Positions 40,123-49,988 of a stretch of DNA of 64,000 nt are shown here, piece by piece. The stretch is from an uncultured bacterium (GTDB lineage: Bacteria; Chloroflexota; UBA5177; JANWHV01), in assembly GCA_963729625.1 (NCBI GenBank), contig CAVSOU010000010.1:1152001-1216000 (forward strand), read 5' to 3'. The notes under the pieces are model-generated. The model saw only the letters and a program-made list of their open reading frames with translations, searched no databases and was not told the origin of the DNA. The translations under genes and the position numbers were made by a program. Numbering within the stretch: position 1 is the stretch's first letter; every line of letters begins with the position of its first letter.

Positions 40123-40164
40123 TTGACGCCCTTCCGAATATCAGATATTATCGACCATATTCCA
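40123..40164 (+). promoter_or_regulatory. Sigma70 promoter with overlapping palindromic operator (copy 4)
   Basis: TTGACG-17-TATTAT, with a perfect AATATC-A-GATATT palindrome at 40137-40149. Confidence 0.65.
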
Positions 40165-40343
40165 AATTTGCTGCCATAGTAGCAAACGGCGTCTGCTGAG
40201 TCAAGCGCCCGATCTCGACGGCGCTGCTTCACTTGCTGACCGGAGATCGTCGGTGCGGTTACCGGGGCGCCACATGTGCCAGTGCCAGGTTTGCCTTGAG
40301 CGGGCATGAGGACATGTACCGGGCGAGAGAAAGGCGGAGCCCG

Positions 40344-41141
40344 ATGCTCGTCGGGTTGAACCAGGCGTCGTTTCCAGGAGTGTCGACGTCGGAGTTCATG
40401 GATATTGCCGCTCGAGCCGGCGCGGAGAACGTGTCGCTCCACCCGTACCGGGGTTCCGAGACCCATGCGGAGATCATTGCGCAGGCGCGGGCCGGAGGAG
40501 TCCGTGTCGCCGCCGTCGACGAGCTGATGGATTGGGCGCTTCCCGACGATCCATACCCGCATCCCGCGTTCGAGTCGTTGATCGAGCTGGCAAAGTCGGT
40601 CGGAGCACCCCTGCTCGTCTGTGTGGCCCCCCTCCGTCGCGAGGGGCTGCCTCCGCCGTCGACCGTCATGCGGTCTGCCGCTGAACGACTCTCCCTGCTT
40701 GCGGAGACTGCCAGGTCGCATGGCATCTCTCTCGCGCTTGAGCAGGTTGGGCGCTCGTCGACCCGGCCGGACGTGCGGAGCGGCATACGATCGCTCGCAA
40801 ACGCCTTGACGATCGTGGAACAGGCGGCTGATGACGTGCTGCTCGTCCTGGATGCGTTCAATATCGCGACGGCCGACGACGGATTCGACCAGATGCGCAA
40901 GCTGCCCGCCAGGCGCATCGGCATTGCTCACATAAACGACGCCGATGCGCAACTGCTGTCGCGCGTGTCGCTCGGCGAGGGCGTCCTTGACCTTCCGGGC
41001 TTCGTGCAAGCGCTTCACTCCCGCGGCTACGAGGGCTCGCTTTCACTCGAGCTGTTTCCAAGCGCGCCATGGCCTGATCCCTACGCAGAGGCCGCAAAGG
41101 CGGTGCAGGCTATCGTTCAACTGCTGGCAGCAGCGGCCTGA
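40344..41141 (+). CDS. Sugar phosphate isomerase/epimerase (xylose isomerase-like TIM barrel)
   Basis: LALE, LDAFN, AHIND, R..LGEG, GYEG..SLE metal-ligand pattern. Confidence 0.82.
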   Translation: MLVGLNQASFPGVSTSEFMDIAARAGAENVSLHPYRGSETHAEIIAQARAGGVRVAAVDELMDWALPDDPYPHPAFESLIELAKSVGAPLLVCVAPLRREGLPPPSTVMRSAAERLSLLAETARSHGISLALEQVGRSSTRPDVRSGIRSLANALTIVEQAADDVLLVLDAFNIATADDGFDQMRKLPARRIGIAHINDADAQLLSRVSLGEGVLDLPGFVQALHSRGYEGSLSLELFPSAPWPDPYAEAAKAVQAIVQLLAAAA

Positions 41142-41417
41142 CCTGCTCGCGGCGCGCCACGTTCTCCAATGCGCCAGGCAGACACGGCGTCCGCGTCCGC
41201 AGCAAGACACACACCGTCGATCGCCTCTTCCGCCTCCCGGTGGTCTGGCCCGTTTGATCTACGAAATGGCCGTGCTGCGCTAGAATGAGCGTTGAAAGGC
41301 GGCGATGCACCGCCTGAGCGGGCAGATCGGCCCGACGCGTGGGTGCATTCCCGACCTCGATCGCCCGGCGCCGTTTGTTTGCCATGCGGTCGCTGCAGAC
41401 CTGAAGGAGAACTGGAT

Positions 41418-42611
41418 ATGAAAATCACCGAGATCGAGACGTTGCGGTCAGCCGAGTATCCAAACTTGATCTGGGTGCAGCTTCATACGTCGGAGGGACT
41501 GGTCGGGCTCGGCGAGACATTCTACATCCCCGGGGCCGTTGAAGCCGTGATCCACGACTTTGCCGCACCGCTTCTGTTGGGTCAGTCGGCGTTTGACCGC
41601 GAGCGGCACTGGCAGAACCTGTTCTCCTATGCCAATTTCTTCGGTTTCGCCGGTGCTGAAATGCGAGCCATCTCCGCATTGGATATCGCGTTGTGGGACG
41701 TGATCGGTCAGTACCTCGGTCAGCCGATTGCTAACCTCCTGGGAGGGCGTTGCCGCGAGTCGATACGCGTCTACAATACCTGCGTCAACACGCCACTCTA
41801 TGCCGACCAGGACGGCTTCGTCGAGCGACCAGGCGAGCTTGCCGAATCGCTCCTTGCCCAGGGCATCACCCAGATGAAAGTGTGGCCGTTCGACCGTTTT
41901 GCTCCCCAGATCTCCATCGCAAGTGTCACCGGGCCGGCCGGCTGGTCCGCCGTCGGCCCATGCGGTCACTCGATCACTCCGGCCGACCTGCAACAAGGTC
42001 TGTGGACCGTCCAGGAGATCCGCAAAGCCGCCGGGAGCAGCATGGAGATCGCCATTGAAGGCCATTCCCGTTGGGATCTCAACACGGCACTCCGCATCGC
42101 ACGAGCACTGGAACCGTACGACGTCGTCTGGATGGAAGACATAATCCAGCCGGACTGCGTGGATGATCTGGCCAGGTTGGTGTCGGAGACGCGCGTGCCG
42201 CAGTGCGTCAGCGAGCGGCTGTTCACCAAGTACGCCTTCCGCGAGGTACTCGACCGGCGCGCGGCACACATCGTGATGCCGGACATCATCTGGACCGGCG
42301 GGATTACCGAAGCGTGCAAGATCGCTGCCATTGCCGATGCTCATCACCTGGCGATCGCGCCGCATGATTGCACCGGCCCGGTGAATCTGTTCGCCTGCCT
42401 GCATCTGTGCGCCGCCGTACCCAACGTTATGGTCATGGAGACGGTGCGCGGCTTCTGCGAAGGATACTACCGTGACGTCGTGACGAAGCCTGTAACCATT
42501 CGCGATGGTTCGGCCTACGTGGACGACACGGCCGGACTGGGAGTAGCACTGCGACCTGAGCTGCTGGCTCGCGCCGACATGCAGCGACGAATCTCGACGG
42601 CCCAGCACTGA
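41418..42611 (+). CDS. Mandelate racemase/muconate lactonizing enzyme family dehydratase
   Basis: GLGET, DIALWD, MKVWPFD, EGH, WMED, SER, PHDCTGP. Confidence 0.9.
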   Translation: MKITEIETLRSAEYPNLIWVQLHTSEGLVGLGETFYIPGAVEAVIHDFAAPLLLGQSAFDRERHWQNLFSYANFFGFAGAEMRAISALDIALWDVIGQYLGQPIANLLGGRCRESIRVYNTCVNTPLYADQDGFVERPGELAESLLAQGITQMKVWPFDRFAPQISIASVTGPAGWSAVGPCGHSITPADLQQGLWTVQEIRKAAGSSMEIAIEGHSRWDLNTALRIARALEPYDVVWMEDIIQPDCVDDLARLVSETRVPQCVSERLFTKYAFREVLDRRAAHIVMPDIIWTGGITEACKIAAIADAHHLAIAPHDCTGPVNLFACLHLCAAVPNVMVMETVRGFCEGYYRDVVTKPVTIRDGSAYVDDTAGLGVALRPELLARADMQRRISTAQH

Positions 42612-42702
42612 AGGTCGTCGGTCGAAGCGATCTCCGGCAGCGCCGGCCTGGCATTGGCGCTTGCATGGCTTCCACTCCTCCTGCAGGAGTAAAGGTCGCG
42701 TC

Positions 42703-44034
42703 TCAGGTGAGCCCTCGCAGCGTCTTGCCGTCGAGAAACCCGAAGGCGTATGCACCGGCATAGCCGACCATATCCGCGCACTCCTCCTCGATACGGAGCA
42801 GGCGGTTGTACTTGGCCAGTCTCTCCGAGCGTGCTACAGACCCAACTTTGATCTGGCCGGAACGTGTTCCCACGGCAAGGTCCGCAAGCCAATCGTCCTC
42901 CGTCTCCCCGGAACGGCCGGAAACAACTGTCGCGTAACCGGCTTCGCGAGCCATGCGGAGAGTATCCAAGGCGCCGGACAACGTGCCTGCCTGGTTGACC
43001 TTGACCAATACGGCGTTTGCAACACCGTCTGAAATACCCTTGCGCACCCGCGACGCATCGGTCGCGAAAAGATCATCTCCGATCAGCTGCACGCGAGCGC
43101 CCAATCTGCTGGTCAGCACCTGCCAACCTTCCCAGTCATCTTCGCCGAGCCCGTCCTCGATGGAGATCAGCGGGTAGCGGTCCACCCATTGCTCCACCCG
43201 CGCAATCATCTCCGCGCTTGTGAGCCGCGGCTGCGGCGAGCCCTCGTGCCGGAGGTCATAGGTGAGCCCGCGGCAGAACTGCGTCGCGGCGACGTCGAGG
43301 GCCACGGCAACGTCGATTCCGGGTCGCAGCCCGGCTCGCTCGATGGCCCGAACGACTGCCGCCAGCGCGTCTTCATTCGTGGGCAGCGCAGGGCCAAATC
43401 CTCCCTCATCGCCGACCAGCGGTGTGTGTCCCATCTCGATCAAGAGCGATCGAAGCGCCCAATACACGCTTACGACCGCTTCAAGCGCAGCCGAGTAGGT
43501 GTTGGCGCCAACAGGCATGGCCAGAACGTCCTGGATGTCGAGGTTCCCCCCGGCATGGGCTCCGCCCGAGATCAGATTTACCATCGGGAGCGGCAGTATC
43601 GGTTGCACGCCGCAAAGCTGAGCGATGTACCGGTAGAGCGGCACGCCGGTTGCCTCGGCCGCGGCACGCGCAGCGGCCAGCGAGATCGCGAGCGCGGCGT
43701 TGGCTCCGAGCCGAGCAAATCTTTCGCTGCCGTCCGCGAGAGTGAGGGCGTCGTCGAGCCCGGCCTGATCGCGCGCGTCGCGCCCGAGCACCGCTGGTCC
43801 AAACATGTCGCACGCGTTGCGTACTGCGCGATAGACACCGCGCCCCGCCCACCCGCGCTCGCCGTGGTCACGAAGCTCATGGGCTTCGTGCGATCCGGTG
43901 GACGCGCCTGACGGCACGCTGGCCCGCCCCATGATGCCGGAGACGAGAGTGACATCTGCCTCAACCGTCGGCGCGGCGCGCGAGTCCAGAACCTGGCGGG
44001 CCGCGACTGCGGCAATAGCGTGGCTGTTCTTCAC
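42703..44034 (-). CDS. eno: Enolase (phosphopyruvate hydratase) paralog with atypical active site
   Basis: VPSGASTG, GDEGG, SIEDG, GDDL, LVKVNQ, RSER.AKYN are present. QD replaces QE and SGRS replaces SHRS. Confidence 0.85.
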   Translation of the reverse strand: MKNSHAIAAVAARQVLDSRAAPTVEADVTLVSGIMGRASVPSGASTGSHEAHELRDHGERGWAGRGVYRAVRNACDMFGPAVLGRDARDQAGLDDALTLADGSERFARLGANAALAISLAAARAAAEATGVPLYRYIAQLCGVQPILPLPMVNLISGGAHAGGNLDIQDVLAMPVGANTYSAALEAVVSVYWALRSLLIEMGHTPLVGDEGGFGPALPTNEDALAAVVRAIERAGLRPGIDVAVALDVAATQFCRGLTYDLRHEGSPQPRLTSAEMIARVEQWVDRYPLISIEDGLGEDDWEGWQVLTSRLGARVQLIGDDLFATDASRVRKGISDGVANAVLVKVNQAGTLSGALDTLRMAREAGYATVVSGRSGETEDDWLADLAVGTRSGQIKVGSVARSERLAKYNRLLRIEEECADMVGYAGAYAFGFLDGKTLRGLT

Positions 44035-45095
44035 CTTTCCTCCACCCTGCCAAACAGCTCGTCGACTCCAGTGACCGTGCCGCGCAGCAGGGCGGCCCCC
44101 AGGACTCGTGCCGTGGCAAGACCGGCGGCATCCAAGTACTCGACTCGGGACTTCCCGTCGGCTCGGGCTCGTATGAGACAGCCGGCCTGCCGCAGGGCGC
44201 CATCAGTGGCCTCGCTCAATCCGCGCCTCTCGACGGCAGCTGCGTAGCCCTCGAGAAAGGCATGAGCTGCATCGGCCAGCGACGCGGCCGCGGCCGGGCG
44301 GTGGATCGCCTTCAAGGCGAGATGCGTGAGCAGGAACGCGGTGTCGAAATCCGGATTGCCCCAGTGCACCACCTCAAAATCGATGGCCATTACACCTCCC
44401 GCGGTCACGAGCAGATTCTTGGGACTGTAGTCGCCGTGAACGAGCGTAGAGCGCCGGCCGGTCATCGCATTGGCGCCCTCGCGCAGCAAGCGCGCCACGT
44501 CGTGCTCGCCTCGTTCGTCGGCCACATCGGCGGCCCGCCCGTGATAGGGGTCGAGACGCAGCTGCCGGAACAGATCAAGGTTGCGGAATTGCGACGCGAT
44601 CTCCATGTCGTCCCAGGCGGCCCGATGCATCCGTCCGAGCAACGTTCCGACTTCGCGAGCAACATTCGGATCGACATCGCCTCTGAGCAGCGCGTCTTTC
44701 CATGGCGTGGCCGCAGCCGGCGCGCACGCCATCCCCACCAGAGAGGCTGACTCATCGACGAAGAGCACACGCGGAACACTGCCGTGAGGTAATCGTGCAC
44801 CAAGTGCGGCCATCGCGCGGCCTTCGAGCACGGCACGCGTTGGATCTGCCAGCCACAGCTCAGGCACCCGCAGCCGGGCGAGAGCGCCTTTCACCACGAC
44901 GCCGCCATTGCACTCGAAAAGGACGACCCAGTTGGAAATCCCCCCTGACAGCAGTCGCCATGGCGGCAATGAGCCACCATTGACGTAGCCGAGCCGGCGA
45001 AGGTGCGTCAGCGCGGCCGCGAAGAAATGCTGTGGCGGCTCGGATTGATTCGCGTCTGCCAGGTCCGGGAGCGTAGAATCATGCTCGTCGCTCAC
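44031..45095 (-). CDS. Aminoglycoside/choline phosphotransferase (APH) family kinase
   Basis: GGISN, VVK, HGDYSPKN, IDFE. 4-bp overlap with eno. Confidence 0.85.
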   Translation of the reverse strand: MSDEHDSTLPDLADANQSEPPQHFFAAALTHLRRLGYVNGGSLPPWRLLSGGISNWVVLFECNGGVVVKGALARLRVPELWLADPTRAVLEGRAMAALGARLPHGSVPRVLFVDESASLVGMACAPAAATPWKDALLRGDVDPNVAREVGTLLGRMHRAAWDDMEIASQFRNLDLFRQLRLDPYHGRAADVADERGEHDVARLLREGANAMTGRRSTLVHGDYSPKNLLVTAGGVMAIDFEVVHWGNPDFDTAFLLTHLALKAIHRPAAAASLADAAHAFLEGYAAAVERRGLSEATDGALRQAGCLIRARADGKSRVEYLDAAGLATARVLGAALLRGTVTGVDELFGRVEER

Positions 45096-45142
45096 AGAGA
45101 TTCTCCGTCCTCGCGCCTCGGAAGTGGCCGGTCAGTCATCTC

Positions 45143-46177
45143 ATGGATTGTAACGTAGGAGCTCATTTGCGCGAGCCTGGCATTGTCAGATACAGTGTGC
45201 TGCGGATGTCCGCTACATTGCCGGATGGACGTGTCGGTTTGATACTGTCGACTGCCGAGACACTTGGTGCTCTGCCCCCTTCGCTCAAGGCTGTGGCAGA
45301 GCGGCAGCTGGTGGCGTCTGAACCTGTGCTCGGTGCAGTATACCTCGTGAGCTTCAGAGATCCGCCAGCCGTTCTCTCGCGAAGCAGGAGCGGCGGCAGG
45401 CTGCCGAGAGTGCCGGGACGGGCGCTGATTGTCACCCAGGCACGCGTGCTCGTACTTGACGACCCTGCGGATCGTGCAAGCACCAGCGCCGCGCACCAGT
45501 TCGTCACCGCTGCGTGCCCGCTCGACGCGATTATCGGCATTGAGCTTCGCTCGCATCTATTGGATTGCGCTTTCACGCTGGTGCTGGCGGCACCCGATGG
45601 AGCGCGCCGCGTGACGATCGGGTATAACGGCGTGAGCGAGCCCGACGTTGTTGGCGCCGTGCACCTGATTCGTAGGGCGATGGATCTCCCAGAAAGATCG
45701 GCCTCGGCCGATTCCCACGAACCTGTATCCGCCGAGCAAGGTGACGCATCGCGGCGCGCATTACACGGGCTGAGCCTCCGGCAACGCAACTACGTGCGGA
45801 AATATGTGCCCTCGCCCGAGCAACTGCGCAGTTTGCTGGCAATTCCTGCACTACCGCGTGGCCGATCTTGGCGCCGCTTCAGTTTGCTGGCACACGAGCA
45901 GCCCGCCGCGCTGCTAGCAAGAACGGATCGGCAGGTCTTGCTGGTCGAGAACGCGCCACGGGTGCTCCGCCGGGCGGCTTCCAACGGGTGTGACGCGTGG
46001 TTCATGCCGGTGCGTTCACTTTCTTGGGCGGAGCTCCGGCAGGGTCAGTCAGAATCCACGCTGGCCTTTGGCCTTGGAGGAGCGAAAGCATGTTATACCG
46101 TGGAAGTTGCCGTGCCCGCGAGCCTCTCGCAACAGGCGGCGACATTTTCCCGGACGATTCACTCGAACGTGCGCTGA
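45143..46177 (+). CDS. Hypothetical protein, possibly two PH-like domains
   Basis: 344-aa ORF filling the gap up to glcF. Repeated LIVT..RVLVL / LART..QVLLV motifs. Start may be 45206. Confidence 0.6.
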   Translation: MDCNVGAHLREPGIVRYSVLRMSATLPDGRVGLILSTAETLGALPPSLKAVAERQLVASEPVLGAVYLVSFRDPPAVLSRSRSGGRLPRVPGRALIVTQARVLVLDDPADRASTSAAHQFVTAACPLDAIIGIELRSHLLDCAFTLVLAAPDGARRVTIGYNGVSEPDVVGAVHLIRRAMDLPERSASADSHEPVSAEQGDASRRALHGLSLRQRNYVRKYVPSPEQLRSLLAIPALPRGRSWRRFSLLAHEQPAALLARTDRQVLLVENAPRVLRRAASNGCDAWFMPVRSLSWAELRQGQSESTLAFGLGGAKACYTVEVAVPASLSQQAATFSRTIHSNVR

Positions 46178-46192
46178 TCCAGAGGTGTATCC

Positions 46193-47563
46193 GTGCATGA
46201 CCAAGAGACGGATGTGCCGTCACTCCGGAAAAGCCCGGTAACGAACCGGCAGCTGGGGCTGCTCGACCTACCGAGCGTCAGCGCCCTCGAAGCCTGCATT
46301 CGCTGCGGCCAGTGCCTGTCTGTCTGCCCGACGTACAGACCTACCCGGGTGGAGGCCAAGTCGCCGCGGGGTCGCATCGCGCTTGTAAAGAACATGGTCG
46401 AGGGGCAGCTTGACCTGCGCAGTGCCGCCTTGTCGCAGCACATGGATCTCTGTCTCCAGTGCATGGCGTGCCACACATCCTGTCCAACGGGCATCAGTGC
46501 CGGCGAGGTGGTCGCCCAGTCCAAATCATACATGCGTGCGGCCGCGCGCCCCGGCAGAGTAGAGCGGATGGTCAAGACGCTGATCTACAAGCAGCTGTTG
46601 CCGCACCATCGGCGGATGGAGCTCGCATCGTTGCCGATCCGCATCTATAACCGCAGCGGACTACAGCGAATGACCCGTCGGCTGGGTCTGAACCGCTGGC
46701 TGCCTGGACCCCTGCGCCGCATGGAAGAGCTGCTTCCCGCCCGCATCGCGCGGCCGCTTCGGCCACGTCTCGCCGACCGGATACCCGCTGTGGGCGCCGA
46801 GCGCGCCGAGGTGGCGTTTCACCTGACTTGCGTGAATAACGTGCTGCTGCCCGAGGCCTCCGCGGCATCCGTCCGGGTGCTGGCCTTCAACGGCTGCACG
46901 GTCCTGCGCGCGCCGGGGGCCGGCTGCTGCGGTGCCCCGCATGAGACCAAGGGCGAGATGGAGATCGCGCGCGACCTCGCCCGGCGGAACATCGCTGCCT
47001 ATGAGGCGCTGGGAGACTGCGTGGTGATCTGCGATGCCGCTGCCTGCGGCGCCACGTTGAAGCACTATGGGCACTGGTTGCGCAACGACCCCGTCTGGGC
47101 CGAACGCGCGCGCCGTTTCAGCGCCCGCGTGCGCGACATCCACGAGTACCTCGTCGAACTCGGCCTGGTCCAGCCGTCAGGTGAGCTGCGCCGGAGGGTG
47201 ACCTATGCGGATCCGTGTCACCTGTGCCATGCCCAGGGCATCGGCAAGGAGCCTCGGGAGCTGCTACGGGCTATCCCTGGCATTACCTATGTGGAGCTCA
47301 AGGAAGCGACGTGGTGCTGCGGCAGCGCAGGCACGTACAACATCGAACAGCCGGAGATGGCCGACACAACCCTGGAGGCCAAGATGACGCACATTCGCCA
47401 GACCGGAGCAGCGGTGGTAGCTTCGGCGAACCCCGGCTGCTTGCTGCAGCTGGAAGCCGGCGCGCGTCGCTACGGCGTGCCGGTTCGAGTGCAGCAGCTG
47501 ACGCAGCTCCTGGACGAGAGTTACCGCAAGGGCAGACAGAAGCCGAGACGGGAGGGCAACTGA
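46193..47563 (+). CDS. glcF: Glycolate oxidase iron-sulfur subunit
   Basis: Two CxxCxxCxxxCP motifs, two CCG domains, DPCHL, ANPGC. Confidence 0.88.
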   Translation: MHDQETDVPSLRKSPVTNRQLGLLDLPSVSALEACIRCGQCLSVCPTYRPTRVEAKSPRGRIALVKNMVEGQLDLRSAALSQHMDLCLQCMACHTSCPTGISAGEVVAQSKSYMRAAARPGRVERMVKTLIYKQLLPHHRRMELASLPIRIYNRSGLQRMTRRLGLNRWLPGPLRRMEELLPARIARPLRPRLADRIPAVGAERAEVAFHLTCVNNVLLPEASAASVRVLAFNGCTVLRAPGAGCCGAPHETKGEMEIARDLARRNIAAYEALGDCVVICDAAACGATLKHYGHWLRNDPVWAERARRFSARVRDIHEYLVELGLVQPSGELRRRVTYADPCHLCHAQGIGKEPRELLRAIPGITYVELKEATWCCGSAGTYNIEQPEMADTTLEAKMTHIRQTGAAVVASANPGCLLQLEAGARRYGVPVRVQQLTQLLDESYRKGRQKPRREGN

Positions 47564-47564
47564 A

Positions 47565-49016
47565 ATGAACGCTGACGGGCAGACCGTGATCGACATCGTG
47601 CACGGCACGCCGCTCACCGGCGCCAGCTTCAATGCGATCTCGGATCGAGGGGTCTCGCAGCTCAAGCACCTGCTCGGCGCGGAGCGCGTGCTCACTCTGC
47701 CTGAGGACCTTCAGTCGTATGCGTACGACGGCACCTTCCTCGAGCACCGCCCGGACGTAGTCGTGCTGCCGCGAACGACCGCTGAAGTGCAGGCAGTGCT
47801 CAGGCTTGCCAGTGCCGAGCGAGTGCCGCTTGTGACACGAGGCGCCGGCACGGGCCTCGCAGGGGGCTCCGTGCCTATAGCCGGGGGTATCGTGCTCGCG
47901 CTGGCGCAGATGAATCGGGTGCTCGAGCTCGACGATGTGAACATGCTCGTGCGCGTGCAACCTGGAGTGGTGACCGCCGACTTGCAGGCACTGGTGCTCG
48001 AGCACGGCCTGTATTACCCACCCGACCCTGCCAGCCAAAAGCAGTGCACGATCGGCGGCAACGTCGCCATGTGCGCGGGCGGTCCCCACGGACTCAAGTA
48101 TGGCGTGACCAAGGACTATGTGCTCGGCCTCGAGGCCGTGACCTCGGACGGCTCCGTGCTGCGCACTGGCGGCAAGATGATCAAGAATGTGACGGGCTTC
48201 AACCTGACACAACTCCTCGTAGGCTCGGAAGGCACGCTCGCGGTGATTACCGAGATCATCCTCCGCCTCGTGCCCAAGCCTCGCTCGGCGCGCACGGCCA
48301 TGGCGGTGTTCGACGACATCGACGTGGCAAGCCGAATGATCACCGCCATACTCAACGCCGGGATCGTGCCCGCCACGATAGAGATCATGGATCAGGATTC
48401 GATTCGTGTCGTCGAAGAGTGGCTCCACGCCGGCTTGCCCGTCGACGCTGAAGCAATCCTGCTCATCGAGGCGGACGGAGATCCCGCGGCGGTCGACAAT
48501 GAGCTGCGTGACGTCGAACGGCTGTGCCTGGAGGCCGGCGCCCGCGAGGTTCGTGTGGCGAAGAATGCAGCGGAGAGCGAGACGCTGTGGACGGGACGCC
48601 GCGCCGTGTCCGCCTCAATGGCCCGAGCGCGTCCAACAAAGCTGGGCGAGGATATCAGCGTGCCGCGCAGCGCGATCCCGGAGATGCTGCAAGCCATTCG
48701 TGCCATCGCCGTGAAGTATCACCTGCTGATCCCCGTCTTCGGGCACATCAGCGACGGCAACCTGCACCCCGAAGTCCTGTTCGATCGCCACGACGAAGAA
48801 GAGGTGACGCGCGTGAATCAGGCGGCAGGCGAGATTTTCGATGCCGCGATTCGCCTCGGCGGCACGCTAACCGGGGAGCACGGCATCGGCGCCCTGAAAA
48901 AGGAGTTCATGGGCAGAGCGCTGGACCCAGTCGAGCTGGAGCTGATGCGAAGAGTGAAGAGCGTCTTCGACCCCCAGGGGATTCTCAACCCAGGCAAGGT
49001 GTTTGGCGCTAGATAG
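47565..49016 (+). CDS. glcD: FAD-linked glycolate/D-lactate oxidase subunit
   Basis: RGAGTGLAGG, PPDPAS, GSEGTL, GH..DGNLHP, GEHGIG, LNPGK. Confidence 0.9.
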   Translation: MNADGQTVIDIVHGTPLTGASFNAISDRGVSQLKHLLGAERVLTLPEDLQSYAYDGTFLEHRPDVVVLPRTTAEVQAVLRLASAERVPLVTRGAGTGLAGGSVPIAGGIVLALAQMNRVLELDDVNMLVRVQPGVVTADLQALVLEHGLYYPPDPASQKQCTIGGNVAMCAGGPHGLKYGVTKDYVLGLEAVTSDGSVLRTGGKMIKNVTGFNLTQLLVGSEGTLAVITEIILRLVPKPRSARTAMAVFDDIDVASRMITAILNAGIVPATIEIMDQDSIRVVEEWLHAGLPVDAEAILLIEADGDPAAVDNELRDVERLCLEAGAREVRVAKNAAESETLWTGRRAVSASMARARPTKLGEDISVPRSAIPEMLQAIRAIAVKYHLLIPVFGHISDGNLHPEVLFDRHDEEEVTRVNQAAGEIFDAAIRLGGTLTGEHGIGALKKEFMGRALDPVELELMRRVKSVFDPQGILNPGKVFGAR

Positions 49017-49112
49017 TCGCGCCCGCTCATTGTCCGCCGCCGAACGCGTGCGTTTTACACTTGAATGCTCAACAAATGTAATGAAGTGGTCGGCACGAAA
49101 GGACACGGAAGC

Positions 49113-49973
49113 ATGGCCTCTACAACCAGGATACGCTTCGGCATCAAGACCGCGCCTCAACACACGACCTATGAGGATATCCTGCGGGTCTGGAAGGAGG
49201 CCGACGAGCAGCCTCTGCTCGAGCATGCATGGCTCTTCGACCATTTCATGCCGATCTTCAGCGATCCGACGGGCCCCTGCCTGGAGGGCTGGACGCTCGT
49301 CTCGGCGCTTGCCGCCTCGACGCAGCGCCTGCGTGTAGGCCTCATGGTAACTGGGAACACGTACCGGCATCCGGCCGTGCTGGCCAACATGGCGGCTACG
49401 GTCGATGTGATTTCGCACGGGCGGCTGGACTTCGGCCTTGGCGCCGGTTGGAACGAGCTCGAGCATCACGCCTATGGCATTCCACTTTACCCGGTGGGCG
49501 AGAGGATCCGCCGTCTTGGCGAGGCCTGCGAGGTCATTCGACGCATGTGGACTGAGCATGCCGCGTCATTCGAGGGCAAGTACTACCAAATCAGCGAGGC
49601 GTACTGCGAGCCGAAGCCGGTGCAGAAGCCGTACCCTCCGATCGTGATCGGCGGCAGTGGTGAGCGGCTGACGCTCCGCGTCGCGGCCCGATACGCGGAC
49701 ATCTGGAACTATGTCACGGGACCGGTCGAGGAATTCACGCGAAAGAGCGCCGTGCTTGACCAGCACTGCGACGCGGTCGGCCGCGACCCGGCGGTAATAC
49801 AGCGCTCGGTCCAACTGGCCATGGATCCTGGTGACTGGCCGGCCAGCCGGACGCTGGTGCGCAACTTCATCGCCGCGGGAGCGACACACGTGATCCTGAA
49901 TCTGCGTCCGCCCTATCCCGAGCGCATCGCGCGCAGCCTGGTGACGGAGGTTGTCGAACCGCTGTCGTCATAG
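49113..49973 (+). CDS. LLM class, probable F420-dependent oxidoreductase
   Basis: FDHF, EGWT, GNTYRHPA, GLGAGW..EH, IGGSGE. Confidence 0.87.
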   Translation: MASTTRIRFGIKTAPQHTTYEDILRVWKEADEQPLLEHAWLFDHFMPIFSDPTGPCLEGWTLVSALAASTQRLRVGLMVTGNTYRHPAVLANMAATVDVISHGRLDFGLGAGWNELEHHAYGIPLYPVGERIRRLGEACEVIRRMWTEHAASFEGKYYQISEAYCEPKPVQKPYPPIVIGGSGERLTLRVAARYADIWNYVTGPVEEFTRKSAVLDQHCDAVGRDPAVIQRSVQLAMDPGDWPASRTLVRNFIAAGATHVILNLRPPYPERIARSLVTEVVEPLSS

Positions 49974-49988
49974 CAGCCTGCGATTATG

